The translations under genes and the position numbers were made by a program. The notes beneath the pieces are model-generated. The model saw only the letters and a program-made list of their open reading frames with translations. It did not search any database and was not told where the DNA came from. From contig OZ176050.1 of NCBI GenBank assembly GCA_964247055.1, positions 11,780,001 to 11,844,000 on the forward strand: a stretch of 64,000 bases of DNA, given 5' to 3'. Positions 1-11,244 of the stretch are shown here, piece by piece (the first letter of the stretch is position 1; every line of letters begins with the position of its first letter). Origin of the DNA: Paragordius varius. Taxonomy: Eukaryota; Animalia; Nematomorpha.

Positions 1-136
1 GTGTTTTGCAGTTTTAAATTAAGCTAATGTTTGAGGTTTAAAAATTATTTATTTAGATTATTGAATTCAAATATTGGTAAGATATTGAAATGATCGTCGA
101 AATTATATATTACATATTCCTGATTTCTATTTATAG

Positions 137-3100
137 ATACATTAATTTATGAAATTTACCAACAAAATTTTGGCGGAAAATCTCCACATCACAATCAAAT
201 CTCATCTTGCACCACTTATCAACCCGCAAAAGATTCATCTCTAGGTTACAAAATTAATTCTCACTCAACTCTCATGAATGGAACAGTAATGATGGATTAT
301 ACAAAAGATGGTATACGTAAATAATTAGTTTTATGGCGTGAAAATTTTATATTTTACACCTTTTCATGCTAGTAACTTAAACTATAATTGGAAACCACTG
401 GCTTAAATTATGTAATATTATACTATTAATATCCAAAGTTGGGATATATAATTGTAATTTATATCATAAATTAAAAATAGCTGACTTTCTATTGATGGGG
501 TTTTATTGCTTCTTTACAAACAAACCCTAAACCTATTTAAATTTGATCATCCAAAATAATCTTAAAAACAAAAATAAATAGAAGCGTTGTTGGCCAATCA
601 TTCGAATGCCAGTAATAATGTAGCGAGCAGTGGGATAGTGCGTGAAAAAATTAAAGCATTTGGATATTCCGCTTCGCATGAACCTCTTTCAGAACTCACC
701 GTATCTCCCAAAATGGGTCAAAAAATTAAAACGGTCAAAACTTATTTCGAAACTGAGGATATTAAACCTAATAACAATGATACAAAACAAAAACAATCGC
801 AACAAATTAAACGGGTAAAATCGCTAATAATTTTTTGCAAAATAATATTTTGAAATTATTTTTTTTAACATTAGGAACGATTCGGTTCGAAGCGAATCCC
901 CAAAGCATCCTCCATTGCTAAACCAAATGATCCTAGTCACTTGATTATTCATGTAAGTTTATGTACAAAATTGAATATTTTACTACTTTTTAAAATTCAG
1001 AATTTTGAATGTTTGTGTAACAAACTTTAATTTATAACTTTTATTCAAATATTTTTTCATTGCTATTTTTTATCCAATAGAAATAGTAGATAATAATATG
1101 ATATTATGCAACTATATAGGGTAAAATGTCCATATTTTTTTTATATGGATAAGCTTGAAATTTTTTTATTTTCCCATTTTCATACATTTAACCATCTTCT
1201 TAATATCATTTCTACATGTGATTTTTTAAATCCAAAATTTTAACGTTTATATTTTAAAAATCGCATATTAAAAGTTATTTATGCATAATTTTTATGAAAA
1301 TTTAGGGTAAAGAAACTCAAATGCTCAATATCCCCCCAATTTCTGGTCATCGTTCTCATATTGCCAAAAGTAATTTTCATATATGCTTATAATGCGAATT
1401 TTATAAAATTCTTAAGTATATGCCCAAAATTAATGTTTTTATTCTAGAAAAAAATTGTGAATTCCCACAATTACCCGATCTCATTAGTCAATTGCACGTT
1501 AGGGATGAATTGACATCGCCATCTAGCATAGTTAATGACAAAATGTTTGTTTCCAAAATTGAATTATTGGAGAAAAGTATATTTAAAAAAACAATAAAAA
1601 TAAATTTCTTTACCTTTGTTTCTGATAATTAATAAACATTAATTATAGAAATTTAAGAGATAAAATAGCTAATTTATATAAATAAATATTTCCTTGATTT
1701 TCTTATCAGTCTCAAATGATTACAATTGTGAATTAGAATATCGAGTGTTTAATTTCATCTCTATTTTTATTCGGCCCCCAAAACGATAGCTTATATTTAA
1801 AATATAAAGGTTTATATTTTTATCTTTAAATATTATTTTTTTGTCTTTATTTATTTAATTCAGACAAGTTGAGCGGAAAACTCACCCAAAAAACTGTTAA
1901 TACAGCTCACAAACACGATTTACCAAAGGTGATTATGTTTAGGATAAAATATTTTTTTTATTTTAGATTAAATTTTAATTTTGACTGATTTAAAAAGTAG
2001 ACCATCCATTGTACAATAAAATTTTGATGAAACAAATATTTATAAAGTAAAAAGTTTTATTTTTTAAAAGAAAATATTTGTTTTGTTTATTTAGTGTGTT
2101 GCCAAAGAAACTAAAATTCCACCAGCCTTTATAAAATGCATCGAGTACATTGAGAAAGAAGGTAATGTTAAATTGAGATTATTTTTGATGATTACTTTAT
2201 ATCCAATTAAATAGGAGGTACAAATAAATAATATTAATTTTGCCTGCGAAAAAGGATATGCATAAATATTAGTTAAGACACACAATTAGTTATGCCTAAA
2301 ATAAAATCAAAATTGGTATAAGACTAAAAAAGTTTTATAGCCGGTTCTTAGTTTCAGTGTTTATACTAATCGCTAATTTATAAATATTTTTATTTATTAA
2401 TAGGCATATTTTGTGAAGGGATCTATCGAGTACCTGGAAGCAAAACCCAAGTCGATTTATTGCTCAAAAAATTAAGTATGTATGGGCTCTTATATTTTAT
2501 ATAAAAATAATTCATCCGAAAAACCTTACATCATATTTTTGAGATTTTTATTGTAACCTCACAGATTCAAATTCTACCAAATTTAACATTGCGGATTTGG
2601 ATATTCAAGTCAACGCCGTAGGTACCGCAATTAAAACCTTTTTATCAGATTTGTCTGAACCCCTAATACCAAGCACCCTGATTGATAAACTTATCGTTAT
2701 TGGAAGTATTGTTTTTTAATTATATCGAAAAATTGATTTTTTAAATATAACATTTACAGTTCAAATTCACCCTTGAACAATTCAAATTCACCCTAAAATA
2801 AATTATTTGTTTCTTAAGATTAAAAATTACCTTTATTTTATAATATTTTTAAAATATGAAATTCTATAATTAATATTTTAAAGAAATAATAAATTATGTC
2901 GTAATAATCTGTTTTATAATAACGAGTTATTAATTCGAAAACACATAATTTATTTTTAGGGGGAATTCGAATTGTTCAAGTGTGAATTGGAATTGTAAAT
3001 GGTATATAATTGGTTTATAGATTTGAATGATGCCAAGGATCAAGTGATTCATTGGAAAACAATTGTTCGCGATTTGTGCAATGATCCACAATTTAATTTT

Positions 3101-3439
3101 CTCAAATATGTGTTGGACCATTTAAATAGGTTATAAATTTAATAAATGGTTTATGAAATATATGAAAATGCAACGCATATAGCTAATAATTAATAGTAAA
3201 AGATTGAATGCGTAAATAATGACTTGAAACAATTTCACTCGAAATATAATTTTTTTAATTTTAGACTTGGAAATTTTTGCGAAACTACATGTATGACTAC
3301 ACGAAATCTAGCGAAATGCTTTTGGCCAACCCTAATTAGGCCAGATTTTACGAATTACGAATCGATGACCTTATCGGCCGCACCTCTTGAAGAATCTCTT
3401 TACATTCTTATCAAGCATTTCGATATGATTTTTACATAG
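137..3439 (+). CDS. ARHGAP35: p190-type Rho GTPase-activating protein (ARHGAP35/ARHGAP5 family), 3' 11 exons; 5' part lies upstream of the window
   Basis: Phase-consistent GT-AG exons 137-310, 582-814, 875-952, 1306-1369, 1448-1576, 1864-1928, 2095-2161, 2404-2475, 2565-2705, 3021-3129, 3265-3439 (TAG). RhoGAP motifs: IPPAFIKCIEYIEKEG, EGIYRVPG (arginine finger), AIKTFLSDLSEPLIP, FLKYVLDHLNR. NLAKCFWPTLIRPDF matches the p190 signature CFWPTLMRPDF. The symbol is a family-level call. Confidence 0.88.
2746..3006. mobile_element. MITE family M1 (TACCATTT...AAATGGTA ends, TA-flanked), copy in RhoGAP intron
   Basis: Left tataacatttacagttcaaattcaccc and right gtgaattggaattgtaaatggtata are inverted; the TIRs contain tandem ttcaaattcaccc units; five further copies occur in the window. 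Confidence 0.85.
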
Positions 3440-4035
3440 CATTTATGATACACTTTTAGTTTTTATTATATCTATATAAGAATGAATTAAAGAGACACAA
3501 TATGAAAGCATACATATATATTAATTCTATTACCTATCTACTATCCTTGCTCACAAAATATTTTTATATACCCATAAGACTGATTTTTGGTCATTTATTT
3601 TTTTACAAAGGACAACCTGTATTATGAAAGATATCACGAATTCTATGCATTTATCACATTTGCTACAATTTTTTTTACTTAGAAGCTTTTATTTAATCTT
3701 TATTTATGCATTAAAAGCGCATTTATTTTACAATATTTATTTGATTAACAATTTCTTAGGAATAAATTTATTGATAAATTTTTTATACTTTTAAAAAACG
3801 TGAGAATGAAACGATTTTGAGTTAACATTTTAATATATGTTCTTAAAATCAACAAATTATTAAATAATAACCACCTCTATATTTCGTACTCGGGCGGGTA
3901 AAAATTATAACTGATCTGACCTTTTATACAGTAAAAAAATTGTACGGAAAAAACGTAAAAATATAAAGACAAATATTTTATTTCAGATGGTAAACATACT
4001 TTGTTAAGCCATAATTTTTCTTATATAAATTATAT

Positions 4036-4846
4036 ATACCATTTGCACTTCGAGAGTGTTCTTAAACGCTTCAAGTTGGTCCTGAACATTTCAAGTTGGT
4101 CCTTTGACTTTTTTGTTTTGTTTTTAACTTTTACCAATCAAATCCTGTACCATTAATCTATTTTATCATTTTTAACCTATAAATGGCTTTTGATTATTCA
4201 GATACTGTATATTTTTATTAAGTTTAAAAAAATAAATTGATTTTTAAATAATTTTAAAATAATTATAAAAATATAATTTTTGGGTTATTAATTACAATTT
4301 TTCGTTGAAAACATTTATTAAAAATATTGTTGAATTTATAAAATTAATTATAAACAAAAAATTGGTTCTAATCAAAAATATTGTTAAATGAATAAATAAT
4401 TATAAATCAAGATAATTAGGTTAAAAATTAATAAAATAAATACATGCAATTATGGTTAATGGATGGATAATATTAGGACTCCACATATTCGGAGTTTTGT
4501 GTCCACGAAGTAATTCCCGCCATAAATTACGATCTTTACATTGTTCTGTAGAAAGGTTACGTTGATTCAAGTCCATTTTCATATTATCATTATGAGAAAA
4601 GAGTGGTCGGGTCTTTCTTTTATTGCCATCAACATTAATGTTTTCAACAGTTTTTAAAGGATGGATGGCGTCTGTTCTCTGAGTATGACCGTAGAGACGC
4701 AATCTATTAGTTTGGATGATATAATCGATTTTATCCGTTTTTTTCAATGAAAGTTGGTATTTGTGGTGTACGAAATGGTTAAATCCAAACTTTAAACTAG
4801 GACCAACTTGAAGTGTTCAAGGACACTCTTGAAGTACAAATAGTAT
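4036..4846. mobile_element. MITE family M1b (~480 bp), interrupted by an RTE fragment
   Basis: Imperfect TIR of >40 bp: tttgcacttcgagagtgttcttaaacgcttcaagttggtcct (from 4042) vs aggaccaacttgaagtgttcaaggacactcttgaagtacaaa (to 4840). Second copy at 56071-57206. Confidence 0.85.
4460..4774 (-). mobile_element. 5'-truncated RTE-clade LINE (C-terminal RT fragment) with 8-bp TSD
   Basis: ORF 4421-4747(-) has RLRLYGHTQR...GNKRKTRP...QCKDRNLWRELL, the typical RTE C-terminus. Flanked by direct repeat atggttaa at 4452-4459 and 4775-4782. Confidence 0.85.
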
Positions 4847-5368
4847 AATAGAATTAAATACATAATTGATTGATTTACCAATATACATATCATTTTCATA
4901 CTCTCCAATTTTAAACAATTTATATTTTTAAAAAAATAAATTTTAAAAATTATAGTTGTCTTTAGAAAAAAATATTTGTCTTTATATTTTGACGTTCGTC
5001 TAATTTCTATAAAAGTCATTCATGGTCATAATATAGTATCCAACCCTAAACAAACCAATACAGCTAACTGTCAAATTGGTTGTTGTACACAGAAAGATTG
5101 TCCTGATGATAATATATATTCTGAAAGTTTAATGTATTAGGATCATAGTTTTGGTTTTCAGGCTTATGAGTAATGTAAGAAAGTTAGCTTTTCGATTGTG
5201 CTGAACTTTTTTATTATATTTAGATTGATATTTTTAAAAAAATACTAAAAGAAACAGTCCCAATTTAAATTTAAGTTTCTATCCTATTAAAAATTATATA
5301 AATAAGGCAAAATATATAATATTTATTATATATGGAATAATTCAGCAAAAATAATATAAATTTATTAT

Positions 5369-5400
5369 AATTCGATTACTACAAGTAATCTTTGTCAAAC
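5369..5400 (-). ncRNA. degenerate hammerhead-ribozyme-like motif downstream of the Penelope endonuclease ORF
   Basis: Minus strand TTGACAA-A-GATTAC-ttgta-GTAATC-GAA-TTATAA-TA resembles CTGANGA-stemII-GAAA. Stem II is a perfect 6 bp, but the core carries substitutions and stem I is not evident. Confidence 0.35.
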
Positions 5401-5489
5401 GTAAAAATAAAATAAAAATATAAACTAAAATTTAAATTATAAAGTAAAAATATTTAATGAGATATGAAACTAAAATAACATGTGTGTAT

Positions 5490-5918
5490 TGTTAATAAGA
5501 AAAAAATTTGTAATGTTATTAATATTGTTAGGATCCTTCTTTCTGTTCATTATATTTCCTTCTTTGTTAATATAAAACTTTCCTTCAATATTCTTTTTGT
5601 TCTGTTTTCCTCTATATCGACAACTTCGGCATCCCAGTTTATTTTATGTTTACATTTAAAGGCATGATATGCCAAAGCCGAATCATTAGTTTTATTCTTG
5701 CTAACTGCCATTTTATGTTCTTTTATCCTAAAATCTAGTCCTCTTTTTGTTTGTCCAATGTATACACTGTCGCAATCTTGACATTTAATTTTATATATTA
5801 CACATTGAGAACTAGGATTCTTTTTCTGTGAATTTAATAATTTAGAGATATTATTTAATGGTTTAAATAGTTTCGGAAAAAACCGTATCACACTTAAAAT
5901 CACTTTCAACATTAACAT
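5490..5918 (-). mobile_element. Penelope-like retroelement, GIY-YIG endonuclease fragment
   Basis: VIYKIKCQDCDSVYIGQTKRGLDFRIKEH...SALAYHAFKCKHKINWD...KRILKESF is the GIY-YIG domain with the CxxC insert and conserved His residues typical of PLEs. Confidence 0.9.
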
Positions 5919-5959
5919 AAACAGAAAAAATGGTATATTTTGCTATATTTTTGTATTTA

Positions 5960-6065
5960 ACTATATTTTATATTCTTTGATATATTTCTTTTAAACGATC
6001 CTGGGGTATCTAACTACCCCAATTTTAATCGAATGACTGAAATGAACGTTGTATCTGAGTGTTAA
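5960..6065. mobile_element. terminal fragment of the piggyBac-like MITE family M3
   Basis: ctggggtatctaactaccccaattttaatcgaatgactgaaatg...gagtg|ttaa matches the long-spacer end of the copies at 19810, 29113 and 49514. Confidence 0.7.
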
Positions 6066-6849
6066 ACAAATATATAATACTAAAAAAGTTCGACATTACG
6101 ACTAATTTCGTCTTTGTTTTCATTTATATAATCGTATTCAAATTAAACTGATTCTATTAGTTATAATTTTCATTTACCATTAATTAGATGGCTTATAAAT
6201 ATAAATTAGAATATTACACAAATCTTTTCAAGATGAATTTGAGTTTAGTGAATTTGACTCAGTTAAATTATGTATATTTACACATAAATATTAATTAATT
6301 TAAATACTAATATTTATGCCAAAATTTAAGTTGATTCCTATCCATGTATACTATTAGTTACAGTCTTGTATGTAAATTATTGTTGAACATTCGTTTTTAA
6401 ATAATTTTTTGGTTATATGCACATTTTAAAGCCTTAAAATAATAATATCCTTATGTATTGTTAAAATTTTTTTAATTAAAAGATTCAAAATATTATTCTT
6501 TAAATAATATTTTATGTATTTTAAATATAACTAAACCCAAGCAGATGTCCATTTAATCCATATATGAAGAAATAAATCGTAAATCTATAGTTACTTTAAA
6601 AAATTATGAATCCCAACTATAACCCATTATTTCTTCTTTGCTCTGAAGCATTATATTAAATTTAAATAAAAAAACTCAGAGCAACAAATATCAAAGGAAA
6701 ACATAGCTCCCGCAGTTTATACTTTTGAATCGGATACAAGTGAAGAGTCATCAAGTGTTTAAAACACTTAATAGTATCTGATTTGGTGTTCCATTAAATG
6801 AAAATATATTATCTTGTGAAAAAGGTACTAATATTTTTCAATTTTAGAA

Positions 6850-7753
6850 CATAGAAATAAGGAAATAGTAGATAGAGCCAAAAGAGTATTTTTTGATCCC
6901 AAAAATTTGGAAAAACCTTCATTTTTTTCGATATCTCCTTAACATCAATATATGTGTTAGGAAAAAAGTTTTTTCTTGGAAAATCTATTAATAGAAAAAA
7001 ATCTAGTCGGCGTAACAAATTTGAAAATCCACAATTAATAGATACTGTCAAAACTTTAATAAACAATGATTGTGAATTAACAATCGATAAATTAATAAAA
7101 CAAATACCAGACCTATAAAAGTAGGAGAACAACTATTTATGAAATTCTCTCTGATTTACAAATTATTCGAAAAAGGTGTATATTACAACCACCAGGAACG
7201 CAATACACCGGAGACTAGAGAAAAGTGATATATTATGCCAGATTGGTCAAATATGTTCTACATTAAGTAATTGACGAGTCTGGTTTCAAGTTTAAAACTA
7301 ACAAATATATGGGGTGGAGCTCCAAAGGGCAAATCTTCTCTCCTATTGTAGAGGGATTTAACAAAGGTACATCTAAATTTATTTTAGGAAAAAATGTTCA
7401 TTAATATGTATGTTTGGTTACACGGAGTAATTAATTACAAAACAAAAGAATGCGCCTTTAAAGGCGATGATTATAGTATTTTTTTGGCGAAATGTTTAAC
7501 CAGAATTCCTGAAAGTTTATTCATAGTTTACGACAATGCCCCTATTAAAGCGGTGCTAGGAGAACCAAGGAGCAAAATTGTATATTTACCTCCTTACTCG
7601 CCGCAACTCAATCCTATTGAGTGTTTTTTCCACGAGATAAAACATGACTATGATAAAAGACCGCGGTGTTATACCACTCTAGAGCAGCATAACACAAGAC
7701 TTTGCGAATATAGAAGGCAAAAAAATCTAAAAAACTATTATAATTTTTCTTGA
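6850..7753 (+). mobile_element. decayed IS630-like (IS630-Tc1-mariner) DDE transposase
   Basis: Frameshifted pieces: TIDKLIKQ (HTH-like), IRKR...ERNTPETREK, VIDESGF...GWSSKGQ, IVYDNAPI, KIVYLPPYSPQLNPIECFFHEIK. No TIRs identified. Confidence 0.88.
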
Positions 7754-8409
7754 CACATTATATTAGAATGTCTGCAAAGAAAACCCCCTTAAAAACAATA
7801 AATTTATTTTCTGTTTAAACTTTGATAGAAAATTTATTAAATTATTTGTGATAACTTTATTACAAAAGGTAAATACAATATACTTATGTTAAATAGATGT
7901 TTACGTAAAACTACAACACTAAAACCAATTAAATGCGTACTATCAAAGTTTCCATACAAAACTGTATATGTATTAAAGACTATTTTATATAAAGTTATAT
8001 ATTTTTGAATTTTTTTAAAATAACTCAAGTAATTAAAATTTGTACCATATCCTTTTAACGCTCTATTACCATTTCGGATATATTTATATTCCAGACCGAT
8101 TCGAATTATTGAGCCCAATTTATAAATATGTTTCTTTAGCCTTTGCGCATTATAAAAAAATTTTTAAAAAATGTAAAATTGTAAAAATCCTCATTTCAAA
8201 ATTTTTCGCCATTTTTTTATATTTTTTTAAATCGATAATGCATCAGACATATAAATGTATGATTAAAAATGTAAATTAAAAAGATTTTAGGATACACAGT
8301 AAAAACTTGATTTATTTAATCAAATTTGTTGTCCCAATTTTAGAATCAATCACATATATACCAGTTAACATGAAATTCTTCTAAAACAGGAAATTTGATT
8401 TATAGACAT

Positions 8410-9950
8410 ATATATTATAGGAAAAGAAAAAGTGTTCATTATTCCTCTACCTATTTCTAGTCATCGAAAAAATTTTCAGATATGCTCAATCCTACAAGCT
8501 CCTTCAAATGTGAATTTAAGATTTAATTTTATGTCTAAAAAAGTATAAATCTCTTCAATTACCTGCCCTTTTTAGTAAATTTTACGTTAGTAAACTGAAA
8601 TTAAGCATAGATAACGGACAAGATGTTTGCTTTAAAAATTGAAGATTAGTATATACGTTAAATGAATTAAATTATTTAGATTTTTGTACGTGCGTTTGTT
8701 TTATGTCAGTATGATTGAATATATATCTATATTAATAACCACTTAAATATTTAAATCAAATTAAGCGGAAAATTGTATCACATATCGGTTACTATAGCTC
8801 ATAAAAATTATTTAAAGGCATTTAAATAATTCATACTAAAATATTGTTTTGTTTTTAATTTTACCAAAGCGAACACATTTAAAAAAGGTATTATTTAATT
8901 GATTTATTTAAATGATTATTTTATCCAATCAATTAGGAGGCTTATTTTACAAAGAAGATATTACCGGTAATAAAATGTACGAATTATTAATCCAGCATTA
9001 AAATATAAACTTTTCATGTACAATTGGTTATATATGAATCCGCTTAAGAAGCAGTATAAAATTATATGGACAAAAATTATAATTTCAAAAAGATATTTGG
9101 TTAATGTTAATTGGCCTAACTATCAATGTTTGATCTAACCCTTGATATAAAGACATTTTTACTTATTTGTGAGTATATTTTGTAAAGGATTTTATCGAAC
9201 GAAACCCACCTCATTTAATTGCCAAAAAGATTAAATATGGGCTTGAATAAACTTTGCATTTGAAAAATTAAAACCAACAAGACTACTCATAAATGGGTCG
9301 TTTTTATGTATTATCTAAAATATTAACTTGTAAATACCTATTTTTTAAAAATAAAATTTTTATCCGGCATCCCTTCAACTATGGCGTCCGGCGCATCCCC
9401 CTTTCTATCCCTCTAGCTACGCACATTAGGGCATACAGAGCAATAGTATGTAATACAATAAAAAATTTTTTTATTCGATAGGTCTGAAGCCTTGTAATTA
9501 ATAGTATTGGTTAAATTGTCAATCGTTGATTTTTCTATATATATATTATATAGTTAAAAAATTTGAATGGTGCCAAAGATCAGGTAGTACATAAGAAAAC
9601 TCTTGTTAGTTATATTTGAAGCGATGATTAGACAAACAGCTAATTAATTATTTCTATACATTTTATAAATAGATCGAGTTTATTTAAATCATAAACTTAA
9701 AAATTTTTGTGAAACTACATGTCTGGTTATAAAAAATATAGCAAAATACTTTTGGTCAACTTAAAAATCGATGATTCTATCGGCTTCACATCCTGATGAA
9801 TCTCTAAAATTATTTTCGAAATAATTTTAACATTTTATTTTTTATATGCTACGAATAGGCACAATATGAAAAGTATACATATAAATTGTGTTACACATAG
9901 ACCCTTCTTACTCATATAATGTTATTTATATATCCGTAAGGGTTGATACC
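8410..9950 (+). pseudogene. decayed tandem duplicate of the RhoGAP 3' exons and 3' UTR
   Basis: Collinear similarity to the gene: 8410-8470 vs exon 1306; 8535-8650 vs exon 1448 (agcatagataacggacaagatgtttg vs agcatagttaatgacaaaatgtttg); 8760-8820 vs exon 1864; 9170-9245 vs exon 2404; 9560-9620 vs exon 3021; 9695-9810 vs exon 3265; 9850-9950 vs 3' UTR. Stops and indels throughout. Confidence 0.82.
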
Positions 9951-9969
9951 TGATGTAGTTATAAATTAT

Positions 9970-10600
9970 TATAGGTTTGACTAAGAGAAGACGTAGGGAA
10001 AAGTACGCAGATGATTTACAGGTCCCATTTTGTTTATCTAACTTTTAAGGACATACACACACGTGTTGTAGCGTCTTATTTTTATCATTTATTTTATGCC
10101 TAAAAATAACATGCGGCTTGCATTGCCATCAAAAGAAAAAGACCGATGATAATTATCGTTTTCTATCAGAAACATATGGTGAGTATGCTCTATCGAATAA
10201 CACCTGTCAAGCATCGTTTCCAAATATTGAAAGTTGCGATATCATTCAAAGGAGTATGGGCGCTCTAATAGTTCACACAATTGCTAAGACGCTAAAGTGC
10301 AAGAGTTATTGGATGATGACAATGCAAGTCAACCCATCAATTGGCAAAAGCATGACAAATACCAAAAAACAATCGATAAATGTCTACGAAAAAAAACCAA
10401 TAAAATCGGAGGACCCTACAAACATTTTGAATGAACTTTAAATTTAAAATCGCAAAGCTGATGAAATTCTACTTCAACGCCACCAAAGAAACTATTTTTG
10501 CATTGATGGGATAGATGATGAGAAATAATTATATTTTTATATTAAAGGCGAAAAAATCGTGGCTGGCAAAACAGTCATAAAGCGACAACTGAAAAATATT
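9970..10600 (+). mobile_element. decayed mariner (Mos1-like) transposase, N-terminal half
   Basis: HQKKKTDDNYRFLSETYGEYALSNNTC, QELLDDDNA, RKADEILLQRHQRNYF...DDEK*LYF and RKKSWL align by eye to the Mos1-type HTH region and the first catalytic D (TGDEKW) region. Confidence 0.75.
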
Positions 10601-11244
10601 TATTCTAACCTTATTTTTAGCGCCTTTCTAATAGGTCAGATCCGACCCTACAAAATATTTTAATCCAATCAATGTCTATAATTTATGCATTTATTCTTTA
10701 AATTTAAAATAATGTGGACAAATGTAATGTGCATTTATACCTACTGGGATTTTTAAAAATATTTAATGACAATTATGTATAAAAATAAACCTATAAATAA
10801 TACGTATACCAATCTCATTTTGCACAATATATTTAAAAATATTTAAATAATATATTAGAAAAATATAATATCCTTAAATAAAATAATAATATTTTAGAAA
10901 AGATAATACCATAATGCCTTTACATTTTTAAAAGCTTTGTTTCACCGGAATAAATTTAAAAATAATTTGTTTTTATATCAGGTATGGGAAGTAAGAAAAA
11001 AATGCGCTATTAGGCCGCAACATTTAATAACTAAGGAGTTTACTAATAAAAGTCCGACTTTATGGCCCTATATGGATATTTGAAAAACTAAAAATTTACA
11101 ATTATTAATCAAAATAACAAATATGTGCTTATTGGATTTAGGGGCTTAACATCCTACAAGATATGGACATGGTTGGCACATTCGAACATGTTTGAAAATA
11201 GATAAATAAATAAATGGCTCGGTTATTTTTTTGGCCAAATGGTT

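Noticed and set aside
5040-5140. Short Cys-rich frame NCQIGCCTQKDC
   Set aside because: Too short, with no start, leader or splice context.
5100-5145. CTGATGA...GAAA with an internal AT stem, a possible hammerhead on the plus strand
   Set aside because: Stems I and III cannot be formed around an NUH site; probably chance.
7837-8279. Overlapping ORFs 7837-8118(-) and 8040-8279(+)
   Set aside because: F/I/K/Y-rich composition expected from AT-rich non-coding DNA; no motifs.
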